In this document: in pieces, positions 39,457 to 52,765 of the stretch
Layout of the letters: each line of letters opens with the position of its first letter
Position numbering within the stretch: position 1 is the first letter of the stretch
NCBI RefSeq assembly: GCF_009914755.1
Contig: NC_060948.1
DNA from: the human T2T-CHM13v2.0 reference genome, Homo sapiens
Strand: one strand, 5' to 3'
DNA: 64,000 bases
Notes under the pieces: model-generated
Databases searched by the model: none
The model's input: the letters and a program-made list of their open reading frames with translations, nothing else
What the model was told of the DNA's origin: nothing
Position numbers and translations under genes: made by a program

Positions 39457-39740
39457 TTTGAGGTGGAGTCTCATTCTCTGGACCAGGCTGTAGTGTAGTG
39501 GCCTGATCTCGGCTCACTGCAACCTCTGCTTCCTGGGTTCAAGCAATTATCCTTCCTCAGACTCCCAAGTAGCTGGGATTACAGGTGTGCACCACCACGT
39601 CCAGTGAATTTTTGTATTTTAGTAGGGATGGGCTTTCATCATGTTGTCCAGGCTGCTCTCAAACTTGTGACATCAAGTTGTCATTCCACCTCAGTCTCCC
39701 AAAGTGCTGAAATTACAGGTGTTACCAACCATGCCCAGCC
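39457..39740 (-). mobile_element. AluS-like
   Basis: GATCTCGGCTCACTGCAACCTCTGC..GGGTTCAAGCAATT. Confidence 0.9.
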
Positions 39741-40536
39741 AACTATAAACATATTTAATGATACACAACACACATATAAATATAAATATTTCTAACGGAG
39801 TATTAGATTGCTTCTTTCTTTAAATTTTGCAGAGACAATTGATAAACGAATCGAAAGGTGACTCCTACCTTAAAGGGAAGTCAAATAATTTTCTTATAAG
39901 AGGTCTAAAATCTTCAGATTGTTTTATTACAATATGCAGCAGTAAAAGCACAAAAAGTTTCATTACTTATTGGCAGCTCGGCCTTACTGTATTTTCCCAG
40001 AAACTGTTATAACATTTTTATGTGTTGGGTTTATTAAACACTTCTATGGCATTTAACCTGTAATAAAATTTGTAATTTATTATAAGGCATATATGTTGTA
40101 TAATGCTTAAGTGTCAGGAACTACAGAGTAATACTTCATATACCTTATCTTCCAAAACCATACTTGATTATGCCTAATGCTCTTGGGTCAACAAGAAGTC
40201 TAGAAATAGAATAGTCCCTGATTCTGATCTTTGATAATGAAAGAAAATCCTGCATTTGACATATATAAAGGAAGAAATAGAAAATCCATCTATTGCCTCT
40301 GATCAAGGAGAGTCAAGATCTGTGTGAGAAGGAGAAAGGTGTTTGCTGAGCATCCAACATCAGTTGGGGTTGGGGGAGGCATTTTCTAACAGTGATGTAG
40401 GTGCAAAGTGATCATCTCAATGGCAAGCAGGAAGACTATTTTTTTTAGCTGGAAAGAAAGACCAGTGGACTGCCCATCATTGCTATTTTTTGCACAGTAA
40501 AAATAACTAACAGCTTTATTATTTGTACTTTAACCA

Positions 40537-40832
40537 GTTTTTATTGTTTTGTTTTGTTTTTGAGACAGGGTCTCATTCTATCTGCCAGCCTGGAGTACAG
40601 TGCTGCAATCAAAACTCACTGCATCCTCAACTGCCTTGGCACCAGTGGTCATCCCATTTCAGCCTCCCAAGTACAGGTGTGCAGCACCATGAGAAGGTAA
40701 TTTTTAAATTACTTGTAGAGATGGAGTTCTCACTATGTTTCCCATGCTGGTCTCAAACCCCTGGGCTCAACCAGTTCTTCCCACCTTGACTTCCAAAGTG
40801 CTGGAATTACAGGCCTAAACTGTTGCTCCCAA
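40537..40832 (-). mobile_element. AluJ
   Basis: TTTGAGACAGGGTCTCA; CAAAGTGCTGGAATTACAGGC. Confidence 0.85.
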
Positions 40833-41293
40833 ACTTTTTTTTTTCCTTATATGCAGGATATTTATAGATAACTAGTTTTTACTGATTAACACTATCTCAT
40901 ACTAATTTCTAAAAATACAAATTATATATTATTTTCTATGATAAACAACAATATACACACCAGTACATACACACACATACATATATATAATGCACATCCT
41001 ATACAGGCAATAATGTGCATATGTTAAACACCCATATATACACATATTTGTGTGTGTGTTTATATATACTCAATACATGCACACTCATACCTGTATAGAG
41101 TGTGATTTATCTACATTCCTAGAGCACCTGCAGCTCAAACTTTAGAAAACATTTCCTCAATATTCCTCTTTCCTTTGTTGAGTATTCACCACCCAGAAGA
41201 GGGAGGGCTTATGGAAATAACTCATGGCTGTTGGTATAGCAGATTTGAAGTAAATTTTATACTACTGGGAAAAAATATACAAAATCATACATG

Positions 41294-41300
41294 CACACAT

Positions 41301-41338
<38 letters not shown>
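41294..41338. repeat. (CA)n microsatellite
   Basis: About 17 perfect CA units. Confidence 0.95.
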
Positions 41339-41340
<2 letters not shown>

Positions 41341-41614
41341 CTGGTTGAATTTCACCTGGCACAACTTTGATACATTCTTTTCTTTATCTACTACATTTAT
41401 GGACCCATGTGATTACATTGGCACTACCTGGAGAATTCAGGAAAATTTTCCATTGTCAAGGTCAACAAATAAATACTAAATTCAAAACAGGAAAAGAAAA
41501 CACACCTATTGAAAAATTTCACTAAGCCACCAAATATTCTTAATGGTAAAACAATAATAGATAACATACTTTGACTGCTTACTGAATTCTATGTGTTATG
41601 ATAAGCATCTCCAA

Positions 41615-41695
41615 ACATTCTCATTTCTTTCTCATTTCCACCCTATGAACTAGGTATTTATTGTTATCCCATTTCACAGAAGAGGAAACTGGAAA
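41615..41695 (+). mobile_element. MIR core fragment
   Basis: CCCTATGAA.TAGGTATT..TTATCCCATTTCACAGAAGAGGAAACTG. Confidence 0.7.
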
Positions 41696-42166
41696 TGGGG
41701 ACCTAAAAAAAAACAATATTCATTGGGAAAGATACACTGATTTTCTGGGTTAGGGCTAACTAGTAGGAAAATCAGAGTTTTGTTTTTTTAAAGACTCTTC
41801 CCATTTTGGATAAAAATAAGATTCAATTTTTCTTTTACATCAGTTTCAGAAGGTTTATTTGATGATTAAACATGGTAATAATAATTAACAACCTTAGAAT
41901 AATTCTTGGTTTTTCATAGTTACGGTCTATCTCTCTTATTAGTTTTAGTTACTGCTCACCTTCTCTTATTAATATCAAGATATGTTAATGCAAAGAGAAC
42001 TAGCCTAATAGAAAGTCTGTACTCTGAAAAAATCCTAGGTCTAAAGCATATGCATTTTAAAATAGCAACAAAATGAATCTTCTTGCCCATTGCAACAGAT
42101 TGCTTCTAGTATTGTATTTGAAGAGAATGAATTAGTTATTTCAGTCTAAATATATACAATGTATAC

Positions 42167-42170
<4 letters not shown>

Positions 42171-42204
<34 letters not shown>
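42171..42204. repeat. (AT)n microsatellite
   Basis: About 17 perfect AT units. Confidence 0.95.
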
Positions 42205-42207
<3 letters not shown>

Positions 42208-42542
42208 TAGGCGATTATGTATGTTATTATTTTCTGTCAACTTCATGGAAACTAATCCAGTCTAAGATTTTTTCATGGGCTAATTTGTTAAAAATTGCAT
42301 TTATCTCATAAGATACCAAAAGAGAGTAAGTCAATTAGAAATCTACATGATTTTAAAGTCATATTATTGTGAGAGGCTTTAAAACCTTAAAATATTTTTA
42401 AAAGCAAACAATAGAGAACATATAATTGTATAACATGCTAAGAGACTACTCTTCCTGTTTACCCTAACAATAATTTTCTGCCTATCTTCTATACTATTCC
42501 TATTGTTAAGAAACCCAGTAAGTTTTTTACAGTGACTTTCTT

Positions 42543-42544
<2 letters not shown>

Positions 42545-42575
<31 letters not shown>

Positions 42576-42861
42576 ATTCAGAGTCTCACTGTTTCACCCA
42601 GGCTTTAGTGCAGTGGTATTAATACAATCATAGATTACTGTAGCTTCAACCTCTTGGGCTCAAGTAATCCTTCTACTCAGCCTCTTGAGTAGCTGGGCCT
42701 ATAGGCATGTGCCACCATATCTGACTAACTTTTAAATTTTTTGTAGAGACAAGATCTTGCTGTGTTGCTGAGACTCATCTTAAATTCCCTACCTCAAGGG
42801 ATTCTCTCATCTCAGCCACCCAAAGCTCTGGCATCTCTGGTGTGAGTCACTGCACTCGGCC
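42545..42861 (-). mobile_element. AluJ
   Basis: T30 head and diverged antisense Alu body. Confidence 0.85.
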
Positions 42862-44082
42862 TCCCTTCCACATTTAAAGCTAGCAGAGCCTGGTCAAATC
42901 TTTCTCATGAAAGACCCTATCTATGGTTTTAACTCCTCTGCCTCCCTGTTCCTGTTATGTAACATCAACAGAGACATATTGCATTGATGGTTTTGTGCTT
43001 TACAATTTTCATTTAGTGACGTTTGTCTTACTATTAAGGATTTATTAATATTAAGCAAGGCTTGTTCTGATTTTCTTTACATGTATTTTCATAGAGGTGT
43101 TGACCTCTCTTAAATTAAAAACTCTTCTGATTAGATTTGAGTGTATCTATTGACTGTATAAGTTTACATTTCATTTATTGATATGGTGTCAGAATTCATA
43201 AAATGTTAATCCAGCATTTGATTGTGATAATTTTTTATGATATCTCTTGTTATCACATGTCTTTCAATGGGCAGCATGTACATTATTTTAGTACTTTACC
43301 TCCCTTATTTGATGCACCCTTTTGGTGTATGAATGATGTGGTAGTGTTTCATGCAACTATTTCTCTTTTCATAACAAAACAGTCGAGAGTAAGGCTTTGG
43401 CTCCTGAGGCGCAGTATTTCTCAAGATAAGGGAAAAGACCGTTGCAATAAACCAGCTGAGTGATTGAAAAATATGATTTCCCTTTCAGATAACCACTTAA
43501 CTAGACTCTCTTAAGGACAGCATTTTGGAATATGTATTTCATAAGAACTCATGTAATTTTAATACACTGTAATGTCTAAATAACACCCTTCCAGGCATTA
43601 CCTATTCTGAAACACTATTTGCCCATTTTCACCATTAGAATATCTTGTACACCTACTGGGGAAACAAACAAACAAACAAAAACTATGAAACTAGCAAGTG
43701 TTAAATCTTCCATCTTTCTCAATTGACATCAAAATATTTAAAGGTGCATTATGGGTACTTTCAGTTTTGTAACTGAAGTTTAAAAATTGTGGACAGATGG
43801 CTATTTATTTCAGTGGATTCAAAGTTCACTGAGAATCGTTTATAGACTTGTTTTCATACATGATGAGATATTTACTTCACTTTCTTTCTTTGGCTGGCTG
43901 GAGTTTTATTTTTCCAAAAATTGTCTCAATTATTTGTTTGCCATTTGGGTTTTGATTAGATGATTTATAAAGAGGTGGTGACCTCTATGATTCCAGTCTT
44001 CTTACTTTTCATAATGACTGCTTTCTTCTGATTTAAGTAGGAAGTAATCGAGGTATCCAAATTTGAGAATCTAAATGTATTT

Positions 44083-44430
44083 ACTATGTAAAAATTGTGT
44101 TAATCTATTCTCTCAGTTAGTGTAGCTGTGGAGATGTCTGATGGAAATGTTATCATTTTCTGCCAGTAAATTGCTTGCACTCTGTACCTTATTCACATAT
44201 ATATACACATATATATATATATGCATAATATATCATATAGATTATATGAGTGTATGTGTCAATAATATATGGTTACTCTTTACTGTGGATTGAAATTGAG
44301 CTCTATTTTTCCTTGGGAAATAATGTATAATTTTGTATCTGTACTTTGGAAAATTATTTGATTTTCTTTCATGATGTAATTGCCCAATAGATTCTTCTTG
44401 CCTGCTACATAGATAGAGCCAATTCACTGA
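44083..44430 (+). repeat. Donor copy of a local 340-348 bp direct duplication
   Basis: Near-identical to 45484-45823. Confidence 0.95.
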
Positions 44431-44932
44431 TACAGCAGAAGTGGAAGGGTTTAATCAATGCAGAGCTAGGCACAGGGAAGACATTAGTTTATTATTCAAA
44501 TCAGCCTTGCTGGACATTCAGAGACTAGGTTTTTAAAATAATAATTAGGTGGGCAGGTGGCTAGGAAATGGGGAATACTGACTGCTCAGGTTGGGGTTGA
44601 AATGATAGGGAATTTTGGCTTTCTTCTTGCTGTCTCCAGTTTCTGTGTGGAAGTCACAAGACTAGTTTGAGCCGGTTTCTTGGTATGGGTGATGGATCTG
44701 ACTGGCACCAGCTTTTTCACCAGAATGCAGGGTCTGAAAAATACGTCCACTCACCAATCTTAGGTTTTACAATAGTAGTTTCATCTATAGGAGGAACTAG
44801 GGAGATTGGGAATCTTGTGGCCTCTGGCTACTTGGCTCCTGAGACATAATTTCCAATCTTGTAGTTAACTTGTTAGTTTTCCAAAGACAGTGTTAATATA
44901 TTTATTTTTTAATTAAACTATAAACTAAATTC
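44375..44932 (-). mobile_element. LTR8A-like LTR, truncated
   Basis: TGTAATTGCCCAAT start; AATCTTAGGTTTTACAATAGT; AAACTATAAACTAAATT. Confidence 0.75.
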
Positions 44933-45211
44933 AATAGATTCGTAGACATATACTTATCTTAAAACACATCACAGTGTGTATAATACATATGTACAGCTTT
45001 TTGTATGACAACCATACTTCAATAAACTGGTTTTAGAAAAAGAACCATTTTTAGGGTAAAATACTTTAATTTCTTTCAATATTTATGTAATAAATATTAA
45101 CATTTATTTTAATATTTTGATATTTATATTTAAATATACTTAATAATTTACTATTATTATGTAACAATAACATAACTATTGAAATAATCAAAATATTTTA
45201 CCCCAAAATGT

Positions 45212-46098
45212 TGTCAACCAAGAGCAATAAAAAAATGTCAGAATCTAGTCTCAAGATAGTTTATTCAAGTCTGAGGATGGATGACATTCCAATCAAAGAT
45301 TCTGAAGAAGAGAAATCAGGGTTCCAAAGGGTAACTGTTTTGAATTCCTTATGTGGACAAAGTTTAGAAAAGTGTGACAGAATTTCATCATCTTTCTCTG
45401 TATCGCTTGATGCATGGTTAAAACAATCTGGTTACTTAAAGTGGTGTTCTTCTTTTGGGAAAGGTGTATGCAACATTCCCAACACTATGTAAAAATTGTG
45501 TTAATCTATTCTCTCAGTGTAGCTGTGGAGATGTCTGAAGGAAATGTTATCATTTTCTGCCAGTAAATTGCTTGCACTCTGTACCTTATTCACATATATG
45601 TACACATATATATATGCATAATATATCATATAGATTATATGAGTGTATGTGTCAATAATATATGGTTACTCTTTACTGTGGATTGAAATTGAGCTCTATT
45701 TTTCCTTGGGAAATAATGTATAATTTTGTATCTGTACTTTGGAAAATTATTTGATTTTCTTTCATGATGTAATTGCCCAATAGATTCTTCTTGCCTGCTA
45801 CATAGATAGAGCCAATTCACTGAAGATGTAACGGACATCTTGGGCACCATCTAGTCTGAGCTAGGTACAGGATGATAAAGAAGGCAGTTAGTCTGTAAGA
45901 TCGATCAATGATTGTTAGGGGGAAGTCTAGTTTCTGGTCTCTGGTAGGAATTTACAGAACAACATAAATACGGAAGATAGTTAATCTACAATCTAAAAAG
46001 CAAAATTGCAGACATACTCTGTGTCTAAGTATCCAGGATTTAACTTTTCCCTTGGCATCATGAACATAGAGGGTTCTGAAATTTTGTTTTCTTTTACA
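45212..46098 (-). mobile_element. MER4-group solo LTR (LTR24/MER65-like)
   Basis: TGTCAAC...TTTTACA ends; TSD ATGT; homologous to 50067-50881. Confidence 0.7.
45484..45823 (+). repeat. Inserted copy of 44083-44430
   Basis: Same sequence apart from about 2 substitutions, a 4-bp deletion and a shorter (TA)n run. Confidence 0.95.
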
Positions 46099-46209
46099 AT
46101 GTATTTCGTTTGCATATTTCTGCATGGGTAGTCAGAAGTGCAGTAAATACAAGAATTGTTCAAAAGCTGTCTTTTGTGGGGGAGATTTGCATCTGTAGAA
46201 AAAATCTGA

Positions 46210-46535
46210 GGCCAAATGCAGTGACTCATACCTGTATTCCCTGTACTTTGGGAGGCCCAAGCAGGCAGATCACTTGAAGTCTGGAGTTTGAGACCAGCCT
46301 TCCCAACATGGTGATAGCTTGTCTCTACTAAAAATACAAAAATTAGCTGGGCATGGTGGCAGTGCCAGTAATTCCAGCTAATCAGGAGGCTGAAGCAAGA
46401 TAATTGCTTTAACCCAAGAGGCAGAGATTGCAGTGAGCCAAGACTGCACCACCGCACTCCAGCTTGGGGGACAGAGTGAGACTCTGTCTCAAAAACAACA
46501 CCACCAACAACAGCAACAACAACAAAAACCAAAAG
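46210..46535 (+). mobile_element. AluS
   Basis: Dimeric Alu with (CAA)n tail; TSD AAAAATCTG. Confidence 0.9.
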
Positions 46536-46889
46536 AAAAATCTGCATTGATACAATCAGGTTTTCTCTGAGGTCCTCTTTGTCTAATCTAGGAAAGATGA
46601 ACTGAGAATCAAACACCATTACAGATCTGAAAGAAACATTCACCATCTATTCTCTCTGAGTGCTGCTACCTGTGAGGTTTCATCTACATGCCACCACCAC
46701 CTTTGCTAGCTAGATGCTCTTCTCCCTGTTCCACAACCTGTCTGGTGTCCGTAACCTGAGTTACCAGGTTTTATAATCTGTTTTTGCACATGCTGTAAGA
46801 CCCAAGCCCAGGATGGTATAAAAGCATCAATAATCTGGCCACTTCTTTAAGAAATTTTGTACTTTTCCATCCAAATTAATAAATTCGTA

Positions 46890-47950
46890 TAGAAACCTCC
46901 TTTGCAAAATTATGACAGTAAGAGAAACCTGACATAGCTCACTCCATCTTGCTTCTAGCCTCACAGGTTGGCTATCTTCACTCTTTCCTGGGCATGTGCC
47001 AAAGCTAATGTTGAGAGAAATTTAGTTTATAGTTTATTTTATTATCTTTATTATTTTTTTAAGAAAGGGACTCCCTCTGTCACCCAGGCTGGAGTGCAGT
47101 GGCATGATCTCGGCTCACTGCAACCTTCAACTAGCTTGGGAGTTGAAGCTATTCTCCCACATCAACCTTTTAAGTAGCTTAGACTACAGGCATGAGCCAC
47201 CATTGCTGGCTAATTGTTTTATTTTTTATTTATTGTTTATTTTTTTTTAAGTAGAGGTGGGGTTTTTCCAGGCTGCCCAGGCTAATTTTGAACTCCTGAA
47301 CTCAAGCAAGCTTCGTGCCTCAGCCTCCCATGGTGCTGGGATTACAGGTGTCAGCCAACCACTCCTGGCCTGCAAGTTAAATTATAAAAGCATTTTCCAA
47401 AACAAAATTGCCTTTATAAAACTAAGGAAAGCCTACCAGGTCAGGAGGATAAAGGTCTGAATTCTACTATGATATAAGCATAGTTAAATAATTACCAGCC
47501 ATTATTTAGGTGGTCACAAGATTTTGAACTTCCCCAATTACTCCTTCAGATAACATCACTCTTGTAGAACCCAGGATTGACATTTTGAGATAGCTTTTCA
47601 GATTTTTTGCATTTCTGACTACCAATAGCTGTACCAGTACTCACCAACTGGTCTTTTGCCTTCTACTCAGGAACTGATGCAGGGCAAGAGGACAGCTTCA
47701 ACTCCCTATGATTTCATCTCTGACACAACCAGTCGGCACTTCCCACTCCTGGGCCCCCTGCCCACCAAACTATCTTTGAAAAACCCTGATCTCCAAATTT
47801 TTGAGAAGACTGATTTGAATAATAATAAAACTCTGGTCTCTTGTTTATCTGTGTATGCATGAATTAAACTCTTCCTCTATTGCACTTACCTTGTCTTGAT
47901 CATTTAGTTCTCTCTGGGCAATAGGAAAAAAGATCCCACAGGGCAGTTAG
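46890..47950 (+). mobile_element. LTR8A-like solo LTR containing an antisense AluJ (47035-47370)
   Basis: GAAACCTCCTTTGCAAAATTATGACAG start; ACTCCATCTTGCTTCTA; AATAATAAAACT. Confidence 0.8.
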
Positions 47951-48321
47951 GTTGTGGAAGGTTATTAATCTACCTTTCATCAGGTGATTTGTAGCGAACC
48001 TTCAGAGAGCAAAGGGCAAGTTTTTCCTTGGCTTCTGTAATATGAACAGGCATGGTTATAAACATAGACATAGACATTGACATGGAAAATGATGTAAGCT
48101 GTTTACAGTTAAGGAGGTGCCATAGACTAAATGTCTGTGTCCCATCACAGTCACACACCGTATGCTGAAACCCTAGCCCCCAGTGGGTTGGTATTTGGAA
48201 ATGGGGCATTAGAAGGTAATTAGTTTTAGATGACATCCTGAAAGTGGGTCTCCCATGATGGGATCAATGTTTTTATGAGAAGATGACCAGCCCAGTGCTC
48301 TTTTTTTTTTCTCTCTGCCTT

Positions 48322-49791
48322 TGAAGCCACCTTTGCAAAATTATGACTGAGAGTGAAAGACATCTTGTTATAGGTAGGTCTTTGTTCTTAGAGCTCCCAA
48401 GATGGTGGTGGGCTGCTCCCAAGATGGTGGCAGCTGCTCCCAAGATTGCAGCCAGCCTTTTATTCTCTGACCTGCGTTTCTTGGCCTCTCAGGTTCCAAG
48501 GAATGGAACTTTGGGCCACACGGTGAGTGTGATACCTCTACTACAAGCCATGGGTCATGGAAGAGAACTGTGGAAACTGGTGACTAGTGTTCAGCTCTAT
48601 TAGGATGACCCTGGGCACCTAGCCATGCAGGAACAATAGCAAGCCTCTAGCTTGAACGGGAACAGCAATAGGTGCCTCATTGGATCAGAAATGCAGCAGA
48701 CACCCTGCCAGATCTGGAGGGGTGGAAGTCAGTGGCAGGTCTATGATGGTGGTGTACAGCAGTGGTGGATGATGAGTGAAAACTCAGCTTGAGCTGGAAC
48801 AAACACAGAACAGAAGAGTGTGCAACCGTAAGATTTAATAGAGTGAAAACACAGCTCCCATAAAATGGGAGGGGACCCAAAGGGGGTTCCCAATCCCAGC
48901 TCAAATGCCTGGGGTTTATATCCCAATCATTGTCCCTCCCCCTGTGCTCTCAGATGATAGATGATTTGACCATTTCTTTAACTCCTGCTTTTAGCCTGAT
49001 TGATATTTAGTGAGCTCTCTTTACTACCTGATTGGTCAGGTGTGAGCTGAGTTACAAACCCTGGGTTTAAAGGTGGTTGTGGTCACCTTCCCCAGCTAGG
49101 CTTAGGAATTCTTAGTCGGCATAGGAAATCCAGCTAGTCCTGTCTCTGAATCTGACTTAACTCCATCTTGCTTTCAACCTCCAAGCTGTTGTTGCTTATT
49201 CCAGGGCGTAGGCTGAACTACTTTTGGGAGGGACTTACGGTTTAAAACAAAGATGATAACAGCCCTTTCTCAAAACAAGGCTTATTTCTCCCTTGGGACT
49301 AGACTGCCTTTGTTGGACTAACAAATCAGCCACAAGATTACAAATTATGGTTTAGTAGTCGACTAATCAGCTGAAAACTACAAGATTCTGACCTTCTCTA
49401 AAATGCTCCTAAGACCAATGCTCGAGATATTTTGCAGAGCCTACACTTGATTGATCAGCTGGAACCACCCAGACTGATAAACTGGCTCACCTGACGTTGT
49501 GGCCCCCACCCAGGAAATGACTCAGCACAAGACGATGGCCACGACTTCCCATGATTTCATCTCCAATCCCACCAATCAGCACTCTTGACTCACTGCTGCA
49601 CTACCCACCAAATTATCCTTAAATACTCTGATCCCCAAATGCTCAGGGAGACTAATTTCAGTAATAATAAAACTTCAGTTTCCCATACAGCCAGCTCTGC
49701 ATAAAATACTCTTTCTCTATTGTAAGTCCCCTGTCTTGAGAAATTGGCTCTCTTTAGGCAGCGGGCAAGGTGAACCCACTGGGCAGCTATA
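48322..49791 (+). mobile_element. LTR8 solo LTR interrupted by LTR17
   Basis: TGAAGCCACCTTTGCAAAATTATGACTGAGA ... GGGCAAGGTGAACCCACTGGGCAG. Confidence 0.85.
48366..49149 (-). mobile_element. LTR17 (HERV-W) solo LTR
   Basis: Minus strand begins T.AGAGACAGGACTAGCTGGATTTCCTA.GCCGACTAAGAAT; 784 bp with U3-R-U5; TSD ATCT (48362-48365, 49150-49153). Confidence 0.9.
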
Positions 49792-50066
49792 CTATGTGAA
49801 CTTAGAGTGAGAAACTGACCATCAACAAACCAGGAAGAGAGCTCTCTCCAGAAACCAGGTTGACATCTTGATGAACTTGGACTTCCAAAATTCTGATAAA
49901 TAATTTTTGTAAGCCCTCCAGTTCATGGTATCTGTTACAGCAGACTGAGCAGTCCTTCAAGAATCCCTCACATAGCCATAGATCTACCTACACACATACA
50001 AAAATCTTTAACAACCTAGGACATGTCTTTCAGGTACCTATGAATGTGTCACAGATACAAAGATAG

Positions 50067-50881
<815 letters not shown>

Positions 50882-50911
50882 ATAAACATAGTCATAGGCA
50901 TAGATGCAAAC

Positions 50912-51424
50912 TGTTAACAATAAATGAGATATCCTTCAGGAATCAAGGATATCGACATGACAAGGATGAGGTTAGATCAGAAATTTAATAAAGGAAAGAA
51001 AGCCCTATGCCGCAGAGAGGCATCCCAAAAAAGGGTTGCAATTTCACAGTTGAATATAGAGCCTTTTATAAGAAATCGTTGAGGGATGAGTGTTTCATTT
51101 GCATAAGGTGTGAAGTTCTGGTAGCTCCACCCCATCCTCCTAGTGCACCCACAGGCCTTTAGCTTGAGTTACTCCATATTGTTTTGTTCCCCTTATGATG
51201 CCTGTGCCAGGGGATGGAATTTTCCATTGCAGGCAAGTCTAGTCAAATCAGCTATATAGACTTTCTTATCTGTATGGCTGTGGGCATGTCTCAGTCAAGC
51301 TCCCCTGTGTAAGTTCCCTTATGTGTGCCTGCAGGCTATTCTTTTGTTTAAAAGAATTCAACCATTTAACCTTGGAACAACTCTAACTGGCTGCTTAATG
51401 GGTTTCTTCCTCTTTTCCCTCTCA
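50912..51424 (-). mobile_element. MER50-like solo LTR
   Basis: Minus strand TGAGAGGGAAAAGAGGAAGAAACC; AAAAGAATAGCCTGCAGGCAC; ends in AACA. Confidence 0.7.
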
Positions 51425-51426
51425 GT

Positions 51427-51490
51427 ACTAGATGATCTAGGCAGAAACCTTGACCTCCACTAGATGATCTAGGCAGAAATCTTGACCCCC
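51427..51490. repeat. 32-bp tandem duplication
   Basis: ACTAGATGATCTAGGCAGAAA(C/T)CTTGACC(T/C)CC twice. Confidence 0.9.
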
Positions 51491-51659
51491 AAGCTCATCT
51501 CCTATCTTCAACATATGTAAGGATAAGCTCAGTATTCAGCAAAATAACTGAGAGCTGGTGAGGGCTACTTTGCGGGACATTTTCAAGTTCTGTGCATTTC
51601 TCTTCTGTTAGGAGAGTATCAAGGAGATTCCACGTGAAATTGATTGAAGGGACGTCAAG

Positions 51660-52018
51660 TGTCTCATCCACTTTGGGCTGCAATAATGAAAATACCATAG
51701 ACTGCGTAGCTTCTAAAAAGGATAAATTGATTGCATACTCTTCTGAAAGCTGGAAGTCCAAGATCAAAACGTGGTAGATTTAGTGTCCCGTGGGGACTTA
51801 GGTCCGGTGAGGACTTAGGTCCATAGACAGTATCTTCTAGCTGTATTCTCACACAGTGAAAGAGGTGAAGAAGATCTATTGGGTCCCTTTTATAATAGCA
51901 CTAATTCCATTCATGTGGGCTCCACTCTCATCACCTTCCATCTCCTAATACCATCACCTTGGAAGTTAGGACTCAAGATGTTATTCTGGAAAAACACAAA
52001 CATTTGGAGCATAGCATC
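51660..52018 (-). mobile_element. MLT1A-like MaLR LTR
   Basis: AAAATACCATAGACTG; GCTGGAAGTCCAAGATCAA; GCACTAATTCCATTCATG. Confidence 0.75.
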
Positions 52019-52476
52019 AAGAGACCTTCTCAGTGAATCTGGGGGTCACAGAATAGAGAGACTATAGGCTGACTCTTCTTTGAAGAAGGTGAATGATACT
52101 AGGTTGTCTGCAAGTTTAGTGAAGGGTGAATAAAGAGGTGAGACTACAAGAACACAGGCTTGGCCATCTGGTGTTGTTGGGCAGCACAGAATGATTGACA
52201 ATTTCTTTTGGCCAAGTGTGCTCTGAAAGATGACAGCCTTGATCACCCAGATGGGACACTGACAAAGTTTCTCCCTTCTGAGAATGTGACACTACAGGGA
52301 AAATAGAACCAGAAGTATAGTCAGAAGCTAGAAACCAGAGATGTGGGTGTTGCAATAAGTCCTATAAAAGCAACAATGCCCCAAGGAAAAAAAAAATTAT
52401 GTAAGTGAGTATGACATCCTTCTTCAAATATCCTTGCAAACTTGATAAAGTTTGACAGATGAATGGAAAGTGAGAT

Positions 52477-52765
52477 TGTTTTTGTTTGTTTTGAGACAGG
52501 GTCTCATTCTGTTGCCCAGGCTGAAGTGCAATGGCTTGCTCTTGGTTCACTGCAACCTCTACATCCCAGGCTCTAGTGATCTTCTCATCTTAGCTTCCTG
52601 AGTAGCTGGGACTATCGGTGTGCACCACCTTGCCAAGCTAATTCTTTTATTTTATTGTATAGGTGGGTTCTCACTGTGCTGCCCAGGCTGGTCTTGAAAT
52701 CCTGAGCTCAAGCAATCCATCCCAAAATGTTGGGACTACAGATGTGAGCCACTGCATCTGGTCTG
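52477..52765 (-). mobile_element. AluJ
   Basis: TTTGAGACAGGGTCTCATTCTGTTGCCCAGGCTG. Confidence 0.85.

Larger units (their letters stand above)
45179..48039 (+). mobile_element. MER4-group host LTR (LTR48/LTR49/MER34-like) split by three insertions
   Basis: ATATTTTACCCCAAAAT start; GGGGGAGATTTGCATCTGTAGA; end CCTTCAGAGAGCAAAGGGCAAGTTTTTCCTTGGC. Confidence 0.6.
48117..49935 (+). mobile_element. MLT1/MST MaLR LTR hosting LTR8
   Basis: ACTAAATGTCTGTGTCCC; GGTATTTGGAAATGGGGC; resumes after 49791 and ends GTTACAGCAGACTGAGC. Confidence 0.65.

Noticed and set aside
44242-45850. Two near-identical 61/71-aa ORFs suggesting a duplicated small gene
   Set aside because: A by-product of the 340-bp DNA duplication; they cross an LTR boundary and have no coding features
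45993-46646. Longest ORF in the track (217 aa, minus strand)
   Set aside because: Read-through of an antisense Alu and flanking LTR; typical Alu-derived peptide (ETESHSV.QAGV.W), not a gene
51231-51301. p53 half-sites AGGCAAGTCT and GGGCATGTCT in MER50
   Set aside because: Each lacks a good adjacent second half-site
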